From Candidatus Stygibacter australis (GTDB lineage Bacteria; Cloacimonadota; Cloacimonadia; Cloacimonadales; TCS61): a DNA stretch of 64,000 nt. The stretch lies in the NCBI GenBank assembly GCA_030765845.1, contig JAVCDJ010000203.1:12942-76941 (forward strand), in the 5' to 3' direction. Below are positions 1 through 9,478 of this stretch, in pieces. A model generated the notes under the pieces. It worked only from the letters and a program-made list of their open reading frames with translations, was not told the DNA's origin and searched no databases. The translations under genes and the position numbers were made by a program. Position 1 is the first letter of the stretch. Each line of letters opens with the position of its first letter.

Positions 1-1
1 G

Positions 2-3000
2 GGTTCTATTGAAAAAGGTAGTTCTTCATCAGCAAATTTAAACTTAACCTTCACATCAGAAGATTATAAATTGCTGGAGATCAATTATAATGGCAAAGAA
101 TTCACCAAAATAATTGCACCAGGAATAGAGAGTCTGCAGCCTGGAGCTCCTGATCTGCCCACTCAAGCCGTATGGATAGCAATACCTGCAGGCAAACAGG
201 CGGTACTAAGAGCAACAAGTATGGACACCGAAACAGTTCAGATAAGCAATCTGGCACCTGTCCCTCAGCCTGCACCTGAAACTAAAGGTGCACCGGAACC
301 ACAATATCTGATTGATGATACTATTTATGAAAGAGGTGAAATATTTCCTGCAGAACTGGCAGCATTAGAAAAGGAAAGTGATTATCGAGGTCAGAGCTGT
401 GCTATTGTGCGCTTTTATCCCTATCAATACAATCCAGTAAGTGGGGAACTGTTGATTCATCACAGGATCGAGCTGGAAATCTCATTTACCGGAAGCGAAA
501 CAGGGATCATGGGTAACATGTATAACTCCCGGATGGAAGACTTCATTTCCAATAATATGATCAATGGTGCAGAAATACTTGCTGATATAGAAATTATAGA
601 AAATAGAGACTGGCGTAATGAAGGCTGCGATTTGCTGGTTATCTGTCCTGGGATATTTATAGACCAGGCAAATGAGCTTGCTGACTGGAAAGCCCGGAAG
701 GGGATAGCAACTGAAGTAGTAAGTACTGCTGTAGCGGGAGAAACCTGCTATGGTATTGGGAATTTCATTAATCAATATTGCGAAACAAGTGATATTTGTC
801 CGCAGTCAATCATGCTTTTTGGTGATGCGGAATTTATTCCTCCCTGGTATGTACATGAATTTCCCGGTGAAGGCATGGTGGGCACAGATATCTATTATGC
901 TGACCTGGAAATTGAATTTGACTATCTGCTGGATTTCAGTTTTGGCAGACTGCCAGTGGATACTGTAGAAGATGCTCAGCGAGCAGTAGATAGAATAATT
1001 GCTTATGAACAATTCCCACCCACAGACCCGCAATACTATCAAACAGCCTTAATTGCCGGTGCATTTCAGGATGGTGCCTCTGAACCTCCAGACACTTATG
1101 CCAACCGCAGATTTGCCAAAACTTCTGAAGATATCAGAAATTTCCTGGATCAGGAAGGGTACGACCCCCAGAGGGTTTATACCGAATATAATGGATATAA
1201 CAATAGCGAGATATTTCCTACTTACTGGAATCAAAACACCTATATTTTTGAGAATGACACTCCTGGTGGAGAACTTCCAGAAGAACTTCAGAAACCACAA
1301 TTCCCCTGGAACGGTACTGATAATGATGTGCAGACTATCTTGAATAATGGCTGCTTTCTGCTTACTCACCGTGATCATGGAGGTCGAACAGGCTGGGGAG
1401 AACCAAATTACAATAGCAATGATGTGATGCAGCTTGTCAATGGAGCAGAATTACCGATAATATGGTCGATTAATTGCCTTACCGGATATTTTGATAATGA
1501 AACCGATGATAATAGCGGCACAGGAATTACAGATGAGTGCTTTGTAGAGCAATGGTTCCGCAATCCTGATGGTGGAGCAGTGGGAGCAGTGGGTTCTACA
1601 CGCATCAGTTATTCAGGCAATAATGACCGTTTTGTCTGGGGTATGATGGATGCCATCTGGCCCACCTTCCTGGAATGGTGCGGAGCAGATTATCCCGCTA
1701 ATAATGCCGTCTATCAAATGGGTGATGTAGTGAATTATGGCAAAACATATCTAAGTTTAAATTGCACATTTGAAGATTATCTGTTTATTTCATTTGAGGA
1801 ATTTGAATGGTTTGGTGATCCCACCATGGAAATATGGGTACAACAACCCCAGCAGATAATTGCCACCCACGATGCTTCTCTGGAATATGGTGAAGATGAA
1901 TTCATCGTGAATGCCGGAATGCCAGGAGCAGTGTGCACTCTTTGGGATGGAACTCAGGTGATAACAGAAGCGTTCAGTGGACTGGATAATCTGGCAAATC
2001 TGTCTTTGAGTGAATATGATTATATTGATGAGCTGATATTAACCGTGTCAGCAAGTCAATATATACCCTATACTGCTGATATAGAGCTTATGGCTCCCCA
2101 GTCAGGATTTCTGGAACTTACAAGCCTGATCCTTGATGATGCAGCCGGAAATGGTGATGGCATGGCTGATTATAGTGAAACGATATCATTAGGCATGAAC
2201 TTGAATAATATTGGCAATGAAGCTCTTGGCAATTTCGATCTGAATCTAAGTTGTGAGAGTGAATACATAACATTAATAAATGACAATTATGAATTTGAGG
2301 GTACAATTGAACCACAGCAAAATCAGCAGATAATGGCTGCTTTCCAGATCAGCATCGCTGATTATTGTCCTGATGGCGAGATAGTAACATTGCAATTTGA
2401 TTCAGGCAGCAACCAATTCAGTGAAGATATCATACTCCATGCACCTCAACTACTGTCAGGATATTTCAGGATTGATGATATTGCTGGAAATGATAATAAT
2501 GTAGCTGACCCTGGAGAAGAATTAATTTTGAGCCTGAATATTCAGAATACAGGCAGTTCAGCAATTGAAAACGTATCTGTTTTATTACTTAGCTATAACC
2601 CCAGTCTGATAATTTCACCCGCTGAGATCATGATTGATAACCTGTCCGAAGAGCAGATAGTACAGTTTACGGGGACAGTATCAGAAACTGCTCCTATAGG
2701 CACTGAATATCAGTTGCAGGTTTTTGTCTATAGTGGTGAATATAATTATGATCTGATAATGAGTGGCGTGTTTGGATATGCAATAGAAGATTTTGAATCA
2801 GCAGATTTTTCCCTTTTCAACTGGCAAATGAGTGGAGATGAAAACTGGATAATAGATACTGAAGCTGCAAGTGGGAATTATTCAGCCAGAACTGATCTGA
2901 TGGGTGTGAATAGTTACGCCAGATTAAGTATTTCAGGGTTTTTATCAGAAGATGGAGTAATTGGTTTTTACCGCAAATTATATGCCAACATCGAGATCCC

Positions 3001-4219
3001 CAATAATAATGGTGGAGTATTGACTTTTTATATTGATGATGAGGAAATAGACAACTGGGGTGGAAATTCCGACTGGCAGTTTGTCCAGTTTGAGGTAGAT
3101 GCCGGTCCTCATGAATTTATCTGGGAGTTTGAAAAAGATAATGATCCCACTGATGGAACTGATGGTGCCTGGCTGGATAGAATTGAATTCCCTTCCATGA
3201 TCGAGCCTCCTCCTCCTGAATTAACTCTTGATCTGCAGGAAATAGTACTGGAAATCCCTGCTGATACGGTTCAGGAAAGCTATTTCAATATTTCAAACAG
3301 CGGCGCTGGTCAACTTGAATATTTAATATTTTTTGAGAATGATGAACGAGAACTTACTGGTTCACACTTAAGCTTAAGTTCTTATAGCTATACCCCGGGT
3401 CAAAGTTTAGGTTGGTTATTAACTTTGGAAAATAATGGTATTGAAATGGAAGGGATCACTGATTTATTTATTAGTTTCCCTGAACAGATACATGTAAATA
3501 TCGCTACTCCGTTAAATGGTGGTTCTGGTGGCGGTTTGGTGCCTGATGGAGGCACTGGCAGCGGTATCACTCTTAACTGGCATGGTGAAACCGAAGAAGG
3601 ATTTGGAGTTCTGCTGCCCGGAGAAACTGGCGTAGGGGCAGTGAATATAACTTTTGCTGAGGATGCTCCGCTTTCTCTTATCCTGAATGCCCAGATAATT
3701 GGTGATCAGAGCTCTGAGATCGATCAGCAAATAGAAGTGGGTAATCTTGCTAATGAATGGCTTACGATGGATCACAATCAGGGAGTACTGGGCTATCAGG
3801 AAATTGCTCAAATAGGTTTAATGATTGATACCGCTGATATGAATGAGGGTAATTATACTAAGAATCTGAGGATAATAGATAATATGGGAACAGAAACCTT
3901 GCTACCGATATTATTAACGGTAACTGCCTCAGATGAAGAACCTGACAATATTACCACAGTCACCGCACTGCAGAATATCTATCCCAATCCCTTCAATCCC
4001 CTGACCACGATCAGCTTCAGCCTGAAAGAGGAACAAAAGGTCAATATTTCAGTATATAACATAAAGGGTCAGAAAGTAGCCGTTCTGCTGAATGAAACGC
4101 GTCAGCCCGGAAAACACGCCATCCAATGGGAAGCTGATGAATATTCTTCAGGAGTTTATTTCCTCCAGATGAAAACTGTAAATTACCAGAAAATTTCCAA
4201 ACTTCTCCTGCTTAAATAG
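2..4219 (+). CDS. Peptidase C25 (gingipain-like) secreted protein with T9SS-type C-terminal sorting domain; 5' end truncated by window edge
   Basis: The frame is open from nt 2, with no stop before the TTG at 71, so the true start lies upstream. Clan-CD signatures are 'LTHRDHGG' (His-Gly) and 'PIIWSINCLTGYF' (catalytic Cys). A long beta-rich region follows. The last ~80 aa ('IYPNPFNPLTTISFSL...GVYFLQMKT...KLLLLK') fit the T9SS type-A CTD pattern. Confidence 0.85.
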   Translation, partial: GSIEKGSSSSANLNLTFTSEDYKLLEINYNGKEFTKIIAPGIESLQPGAPDLPTQAVWIAIPAGKQAVLRATSMDTETVQISNLAPVPQPAPETKGAPEPQYLIDDTIYERGEIFPAELAALEKESDYRGQSCAIVRFYPYQYNPVSGELLIHHRIELEISFTGSETGIMGNMYNSRMEDFISNNMINGAEILADIEIIENRDWRNEGCDLLVICPGIFIDQANELADWKARKGIATEVVSTAVAGETCYGIGNFINQYCETSDICPQSIMLFGDAEFIPPWYVHEFPGEGMVGTDIYYADLEIEFDYLLDFSFGRLPVDTVEDAQRAVDRIIAYEQFPPTDPQYYQTALIAGAFQDGASEPPDTYANRRFAKTSEDIRNFLDQEGYDPQRVYTEYNGYNNSEIFPTYWNQNTYIFENDTPGGELPEELQKPQFPWNGTDNDVQTILNNGCFLLTHRDHGGRTGWGEPNYNSNDVMQLVNGAELPIIWSINCLTGYFDNETDDNSGTGITDECFVEQWFRNPDGGAVGAVGSTRISYSGNNDRFVWGMMDAIWPTFLEWCGADYPANNAVYQMGDVVNYGKTYLSLNCTFEDYLFISFEEFEWFGDPTMEIWVQQPQQIIATHDASLEYGEDEFIVNAGMPGAVCTLWDGTQVITEAFSGLDNLANLSLSEYDYIDELILTVSASQYIPYTADIELMAPQSGFLELTSLILDDAAGNGDGMADYSETISLGMNLNNIGNEALGNFDLNLSCESEYITLINDNYEFEGTIEPQQNQQIMAAFQISIADYCPDGEIVTLQFDSGSNQFSEDIILHAPQLLSGYFRIDDIAGNDNNVADPGEELILSLNIQNTGSSAIENVSVLLLSYNPSLIISPAEIMIDNLSEEQIVQFTGTVSETAPIGTEYQLQVFVYSGEYNYDLIMSGVFGYAIEDFESADFSLFNWQMSGDENWIIDTEAASGNYSARTDLMGVNSYARLSISGFLSEDGVIGFYRKLYANIEIPNNNGGVLTFYIDDEEIDNWGGNSDWQFVQFEVDAGPHEFIWEFEKDNDPTDGTDGAWLDRIEFPSMIEPPPPELTLDLQEIVLEIPADTVQESYFNISNSGAGQLEYLIFFENDERELTGSHLSLSSYSYTPGQSLGWLLTLENNGIEMEGITDLFISFPEQIHVNIATPLNGGSGGGLVPDGGTGSGITLNWHGETEEGFGVLLPGETGVGAVNITFAEDAPLSLILNAQIIGDQSSEIDQQIEVGNLANEWLTMDHNQGVLGYQEIAQIGLMIDTADMNEGNYTKNLRIIDNMGTETLLPILLTVTASDEEPDNITTVTALQNIYPNPFNPLTTISFSLKEEQKVNISVYNIKGQKVAVLLNETRQPGKHAIQWEADEYSSGVYFLQMKTVNYQKISKLLLLK

Positions 4220-4255
4220 TATTCCTCCTCTGATTATTAGGAAATGTCTTAGAGT

Positions 4256-4305
4256 AGCAACATAGCACGTACTCACATTTTAATGTCACTACGTGCTATG
4301 TTGCT
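4256..4305 (-). repeat. REP-like hairpin element, copy A (inverted orientation relative to copies B and C)
   Basis: Perfect 16-bp arms agcaacatagcacgta / tacgtgctatgttgct flank the 18-nt loop ctcacattttaatgtcac. That loop is the reverse complement of the loop in copy B (22639-22690). The element lies between convergent genes. Confidence 0.7.
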
Positions 4306-4503
4306 TCTCCTTCAGGATACTTTGATGGCTAAATTGCCGTTAATTATATATTTACGTGATAGTGCTTATATTTCTTCGATTTTGGATGTATTATATCATG
4401 AAAAGATGAATATGTTCAGATTATTATCTATAATTAACTACTATATCCAAATAAAAACCTATTATATGATACTATAAGAGATATTAACCTATAGATGTGA
4501 TGT

Positions 4504-5577
4504 TTATGATTGAATGTATTTACCTACGGGGGCAAGATAGACTGTTATTTCATTTTCGCCATCTACTTCTATGAGTTCATCTATGGGCTTCTGGTCGTAG
4601 GCAGCTATACCGCAGGTGCCGGCATTTATTGATTCGCAGGCAAGGTAAAGATTCTGGCAGACATGCCCTGCTTCGATAAGGATGTCCTTTTTGGCTTGCA
4701 GGGTGTAGCGCCATTCCATGCGGTAGGGGATGGCAGTCCAGATGAAGCCGACAGCACAGTGTCCCACAAATTTCTGACCGAAAGCATATTTGGCCATTTT
4801 ATCTTTAAGGTCAGATTCTGATTTGATAAAAAGCAGTTTATGATTAAGTGGCAGATAGCGATAAATGCCCGGTTCAAGAGATTCCACATGATTAATTGCC
4901 AGATAAGTTTCAAAGGGATGCCGTGCTCCTCCTGAGGGTACAGTTCGCAGGGATACAGTATCACGGACAACTTTGTGAACTCCCTGAGTTGACCAAAGCA
5001 GCCAGGCAAGTTCAATAATGGTAAGGGGCTCTTCCGTGAATTTTCTACGACTTTTACGGTTATTAATGCAATCGAGGATATCCGGATTTGCAATAGCAGC
5101 CTTATAGTCAGTGGGCAATTCAATTAAGATGGGGTATGGGGGAAATGGTTTTTGCATGGGAGGGGGAGGAATTTTCAAGTCCTGGTCAGAGATGCTGTAT
5201 TCGCTGCCAGCCTTAAGGAGTTCTCTATATTTGCGAATGCGATCCTGGTCTTTTTCTCGCTGGATTTTCATTTTTTCCACACCGGCAGGATTGTCTGCGA
5301 GGATTTTCTTAATAATATTCTGAGAATTGATAATATCACTCTGCTCATAGGGTTCAAGGCTTTTGAGCTGTTCAGTAAAATACTGTTTATAATGTGCAGG
5401 ATAGACATTATAAAATTCCTTCAGATCTTCTTCAGAAAGCTCATTCAGCAGGATCAAAAATTCCCGCTCATAAATATCATCTTCACCGAATACATCACCG
5501 TAAAATACCTTTTCAGCAAAACCTTTCAGCTTAATTATCTCAGCAAATAAATCATTCATAATATCCTCCATTGCCAT
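4504..5577 (-). CDS. SagB/ThcOx-type nitroreductase-family dehydrogenase with ~160-aa N-terminal extension
   Basis: The C-terminal ~200 aa read 'RKSRRKFTEEPLTIIELAWLLWSTQG...RTVPSGGARHPFETYL...GIYRYLP', typical of the SagB-type nitroreductase fold. The N-terminal part is acidic and helical with a PPPP stretch. Confidence 0.7.
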   Translation of the reverse strand: MAMEDIMNDLFAEIIKLKGFAEKVFYGDVFGEDDIYEREFLILLNELSEEDLKEFYNVYPAHYKQYFTEQLKSLEPYEQSDIINSQNIIKKILADNPAGVEKMKIQREKDQDRIRKYRELLKAGSEYSISDQDLKIPPPPMQKPFPPYPILIELPTDYKAAIANPDILDCINNRKSRRKFTEEPLTIIELAWLLWSTQGVHKVVRDTVSLRTVPSGGARHPFETYLAINHVESLEPGIYRYLPLNHKLLFIKSESDLKDKMAKYAFGQKFVGHCAVGFIWTAIPYRMEWRYTLQAKKDILIEAGHVCQNLYLACESINAGTCGIAAYDQKPIDELIEVDGENEITVYLAPVGKYIQS

Positions 5578-5772
5578 AAAGACAGGAAGTGAGACAGAGT
5601 GTCAAATGAAAATATATGACAAAAGGTAGAGTATTTTATCTAATTACTGCATCTGCTGTGTCTGCTGAGTCCGCTTCAGAATGGAAGCGCAATGATCCTT
5701 TGAGGTAAAATAGCCAAGCAATCTGAAAGATTGCTCTACATGTAGCTTAATCCTCTGGATTAAGTATATATT

Positions 5773-7413
5773 CTATCTCTTCCGATAATATATTATCTGG
5801 CTCGCTACATTGTGATGGGGTGGATAAGTATCAGGATTTTTACCATAATTGCGGTAGGGCATAGGCACGTAATCAAGCCTGAGGGTATCCTGCTCGGTGA
5901 TATAGGGAGTGAGGTCGATTTCCCAGGGAGACACGACGCTTCCGGGTGCCCAGCCGGCACGACTGAATTTCCAGGTGCCTGCCTGGGGACGGCAGGGATT
6001 CAGGTAGCAATCGTCTTTCCAGAGAGTGTTTTCAAATTCATGTCCATTGATTGCAAAGGTACGGGATGCCGGCATGAATTCTGCGGCAATATCTGTATTG
6101 GGGCTCATACCATGACCAGTTACCATCAGTTTCACTTTTGCCTGATCACATTCAGGGGGTAGAGTTTTATAAAGTACTGGAAAATCCAGTTCCATAGGGT
6201 GCTCAGGATCACCGTATTCAAAATTACCAGTCCAGAGATTTTCTATTTTATAGGGTATGAATTCCAGCTTTCCTGGATAAAAATCCAGCCAGGCAGAAAT
6301 GTTCCAACCGGCTTGTTCTTCTGGATTTTCTTTAGTTGCCATCCAGGTATCCACGTGCAATTTACCGGGGACGCTTCCCTTGAATAATGGCAGGAAATCC
6401 GTTACATCCACTTTCCACTGATATGCCTTAAGATAGGGGGTGATAAAACGGCAAATTTCATATGTACCAGTTTCATCTGTCAGTGTGATACCTGCTCCTT
6501 CATCCCAGGGATCCAGTCCACCAGGTGCAGACGCTATGTCCAGGGTGAGAATTACACGCCCGATATCCTCAGGAATAGAGGAAAAATCTGCGGTAAATTC
6601 AGAGTCACGATTACCAGCATGCATAATTTCTCCTGCAAAAAGATAGACTGTAACTGGTGGCTGGGGAAGGTTAGTTATATTATCAGCTTTGATTTCCATT
6701 TTCCCGATATTAACTGGGGAAGTCTGATCTCCATTATAAGCACCGATCAAGGGAGTGAACTTATAGGGCAGCATTTCAGGGATAAAGTAGTCTTCATAGA
6801 TATAGTGATCATCGATACTTAAACTAATCTGAGCACCACCACAAACATAATCAATTTCCAGATGCCAGAGGAAGCTGTTTTCACTATCACCGATCTGGCG
6901 GAATTCAAAATCTGAGAGTTTTTTGATATATTCCACGCCATTCCAGTGCAGAGAGATTTCGCGTTCAGGATTTCCGTAATAATTGCCATATTCATCAAAC
7001 CAGTTGCTGGTGGGAGGATCATAAATATCAATTCCGACGGCAAAAACATCTTTGAAACTGGGATTTTCCCACTGGATAGAGTCATTAATGGCTAAAGTAT
7101 CAGGCAGCAGCAAAATTCCAGCGCCATTGCCACCTTGACGGATGCTAAGATCTATCTCCAGTTCAATATGGCTGTATAATTCGGGAGATTTGATATTCCA
7201 CTGCAGGCTGTTATTCTGCTGACGACCATACCAGCCATTCACCAGCAGGCAATATCCGTCACTCAGCTCTGGAGCAGGTTTGCCACCATGTTGCCGCAGA
7301 ATAATATCCTCTTTCTCCTGATCACTCAGCAGATTATTTTCATATTGCCAGTCGCTGCCAGCTATCAAAAGATTTACTGACATAATAAGCAAAATAAAAC
7401 CGATAATTTTCAT
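5773..7413 (-). CDS. Secreted PNGase F-related (peptide-N-glycosidase F C-terminal-like) protein
   Basis: Signal peptide 'MKIIGFILLIMSVNLLIAGS'. The C-terminal region 'VTGHGMSPNTDIAAEF...INGHEFENTLWKDDCYLNPCRPQAGTWKFSRAGWAPGSVV' fits the pattern I recall for PNGase-F-like domains (TGHG..AEF..W..C..NP..Q.GTW..R.GW.PG). Confidence 0.55.
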   Translation of the reverse strand: MKIIGFILLIMSVNLLIAGSDWQYENNLLSDQEKEDIILRQHGGKPAPELSDGYCLLVNGWYGRQQNNSLQWNIKSPELYSHIELEIDLSIRQGGNGAGILLLPDTLAINDSIQWENPSFKDVFAVGIDIYDPPTSNWFDEYGNYYGNPEREISLHWNGVEYIKKLSDFEFRQIGDSENSFLWHLEIDYVCGGAQISLSIDDHYIYEDYFIPEMLPYKFTPLIGAYNGDQTSPVNIGKMEIKADNITNLPQPPVTVYLFAGEIMHAGNRDSEFTADFSSIPEDIGRVILTLDIASAPGGLDPWDEGAGITLTDETGTYEICRFITPYLKAYQWKVDVTDFLPLFKGSVPGKLHVDTWMATKENPEEQAGWNISAWLDFYPGKLEFIPYKIENLWTGNFEYGDPEHPMELDFPVLYKTLPPECDQAKVKLMVTGHGMSPNTDIAAEFMPASRTFAINGHEFENTLWKDDCYLNPCRPQAGTWKFSRAGWAPGSVVSPWEIDLTPYITEQDTLRLDYVPMPYRNYGKNPDTYPPHHNVASQIIYYRKR

Positions 7414-7450
7414 AATACACTCCTGAAGAACTTATAAAATATTGGGAAAT

Positions 7451-8353
7451 TTATGTCAAATTAAAGAAAAGGTCAGCGCAGGTGATAGCACTATTCCAGC
7501 AGTCCTGTTTATCTTCCAGACACCAGCAGGCGGATAGCACTGATTGGCAGTAAGCCATCATTGCTATCTGCTGAGGATGATAACCCAGGATTTCAGAGAA
7601 TATTGCCAGCCGGGCTTCAATGATACTGTTCAGTTCATGATATTTCAGGAATTGCATGGGGTTATACATAAAGCAGGCAGTTTCATAGAGCGGATTTCCG
7701 ATCACGCCTTTAGGATCAATGATGCGCCATTTATCACCATCACTGAGGATATTATAATGATGCAGATCCCCGTGTAATAGTGCATCATGATCCTTTGCGC
7801 TTTCCAGCTCTTGGAACATTGAGCTGGCATTATGAAGATAACCGGGCGGGATCAAAGGGTCCGGGGACGAAAGAAAATCTGATAATTTACTAAACCAGCC
7901 TTTCAGAGTAGGGAAACTATATTGAGCTTTCTGGGAGGATTTTAAGTCATGGATCAGAGTAGCAGTGATAATATTCTGCTTTTCTTCATCTTCAATGGAA
8001 TGCAAAGGTTTTCCAGGAAATAATCTGGGAAGCAGAATAGCCCCGTTGGGCTTATCAACCGCCAAAGGCTTCAGCAGATGTTCACTTTTTATTTCACTCA
8101 GGGCAGCGATTTCAGAATCGATACCAGACCAGGGACAGCCAATTTTAAGAAAAGCGGATTGGGCATTATTAATCTGGCAAAAAGCAGTAAAATTATAATT
8201 AGAATCTGAGAGTGGAATAATATCACTTAATCCCCATAATTCAGCCAGCTCAGAGATTGTTTCAGGCAGTTCATTCAGCCATTTTTTACCCTTTTCACCA
8301 AAGCGATCTAACACCCATTTGGTAAAAGCAGCTTGATTTATTGAATTTTTCAT
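7451..8353 (-). CDS. Aminoglycoside phosphotransferase (APH)-fold small-molecule kinase, substrate unknown
   Basis: Catalytic loop 'LLHGDLHHYNIL' followed by 'RIIDPKGVIGNPLYE', an APH/choline-kinase-type HGDLHxxN...D motif. Its ATG overlaps the stop of the upstream GHMP kinase as ATGA (8350-8353). Confidence 0.7.
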   Translation of the reverse strand: MKNSINQAAFTKWVLDRFGEKGKKWLNELPETISELAELWGLSDIIPLSDSNYNFTAFCQINNAQSAFLKIGCPWSGIDSEIAALSEIKSEHLLKPLAVDKPNGAILLPRLFPGKPLHSIEDEEKQNIITATLIHDLKSSQKAQYSFPTLKGWFSKLSDFLSSPDPLIPPGYLHNASSMFQELESAKDHDALLHGDLHHYNILSDGDKWRIIDPKGVIGNPLYETACFMYNPMQFLKYHELNSIIEARLAIFSEILGYHPQQIAMMAYCQSVLSACWCLEDKQDCWNSAITCADLFFNLT

Positions 8354-9468
8354 TCTAAGTAATTGACATCCAGACCAGTATGTTGATTGATAAGGAATGT
8401 CTTCCCACCGGATTTTGTGATAGCTGCTGCCACTTCCTGAGGATTTTCCGGTGCATAAACAAAAAGGCAGCCGCCACCGCCTGAACCATTTATTTTACCA
8501 CCATAAGCTCCTGCTTCAAGTGCGGCTGAGAGCATTTTGTTGATCTTTTCAGTGCTTATGCCCAGATATTTATCAAGATAATGATGATGTTTATTGAGCA
8601 GCTTGCCAACCAGGTGGTGATCGGGATTCTCTCTTGAAAGCAATTGATAGGCATCTCGGGTGATATTGCGATTTATCAGCATTGCCTTTGTTGTTTGATA
8701 TTCCTGAGCAGTTAATATTTTTCTAAATTCCGCAAGGTGTTCGTGAGAGAAATCAGCAAAACTGAATTGATTCCCGGTTGCTTTTATTTTGCGAGTTGCA
8801 GCTAGAGCAGGTTCTTTGGTTCTGGCTAAAATCTGTCTGGTATTTTTGGGTTGACCTGAATCCCCCAGCACAAAAGTTCCCAGTTTAGCAGGCAGAATTT
8901 CTATTCGGTTATTATCAGCAAAATCTATATAGATAATATTGCCGAAAGCCGTGGAAAGCTGATCCATCATTCCGCCAGGTTCCTGGAATTCTATCACTTC
9001 TGCCTGATAGGAAAAATGCCCTACTGCCTCTGGCTCTTTCCAGGCCGGAAGCACATAATCCCCAATTTCCAGCAGGAATCTGCACCAGGCATTATTCAAA
9101 GCTGAGGAAGAAGAAGTTCCCGAATTAATGGGAATATTGCCCTGAACCAGGCAATCATACCCTCTGGTAAAGCGAATTCCCTGGCGAAATAGTACATTAT
9201 ATATGCTGCGGAAATAATCACGTTCACAAGTATAGCAAAACTCCTTACCATCAGAAAAATCAAGTATTTGCTCAGCATTGATATCTGGCAAAAGTATCTT
9301 GAAAACCTGATCTTGGCGTGGAGTGCAGGAGATATTTACCCGCAGATCTATAGCCATAGCGATCACAGGCAGTTGCAGATAATCCTGATGTTCACCAAAT
9401 AAACAGATCCTGCCAGGTGCAGAAACCGTGATTTCTTTTGGCAGCTTGTTTTTTAGTTTAAATTCCAC
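8350..9468 (-). CDS. GHMP-family (galactokinase-like) sugar kinase
   Basis: N-terminal 'SAPGRICLFGEHQDYLQLPVIAMAI', GHMP motif II 'NIPINSGTSSSSAL', motif III 'GGKINGSGGGGCLFVYA'. Confidence 0.8.
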   Translation of the reverse strand: MEFKLKNKLPKEITVSAPGRICLFGEHQDYLQLPVIAMAIDLRVNISCTPRQDQVFKILLPDINAEQILDFSDGKEFCYTCERDYFRSIYNVLFRQGIRFTRGYDCLVQGNIPINSGTSSSSALNNAWCRFLLEIGDYVLPAWKEPEAVGHFSYQAEVIEFQEPGGMMDQLSTAFGNIIYIDFADNNRIEILPAKLGTFVLGDSGQPKNTRQILARTKEPALAATRKIKATGNQFSFADFSHEHLAEFRKILTAQEYQTTKAMLINRNITRDAYQLLSRENPDHHLVGKLLNKHHHYLDKYLGISTEKINKMLSAALEAGAYGGKINGSGGGGCLFVYAPENPQEVAAAITKSGGKTFLINQHTGLDVNYLE

Positions 9469-9478
9469 AAATCCCTTA

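Noticed and set aside
482-3811. Many 60-165 aa ORFs in the track lie antisense or out of frame inside long CDSs. Examples are 482-775, 806-1042, 1049-1378, 2118-2315 and 3512-3811. There are similar nested ORFs inside every large gene in the window.
   Set aside because: They are fully embedded in much longer ORFs with clear family signatures. They have low-complexity or odd composition, no Shine-Dalgarno and no recognisable motifs. These are typical shadow ORFs.
4283-4477. 64-aa ORF in the gap after the C25 gene.
   Set aside because: It starts inside the REP-like hairpin and runs through very AT-rich DNA. It has no RBS and its composition is not protein-like.
7451-8353. Calling the APH-fold kinase an aminoglycoside-resistance gene.
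   Set aside because: Only the generic kinase catalytic loop is recognisable. Its coupling to a GHMP sugar kinase suggests a metabolic or signalling substrate, so a resistance function cannot be inferred.
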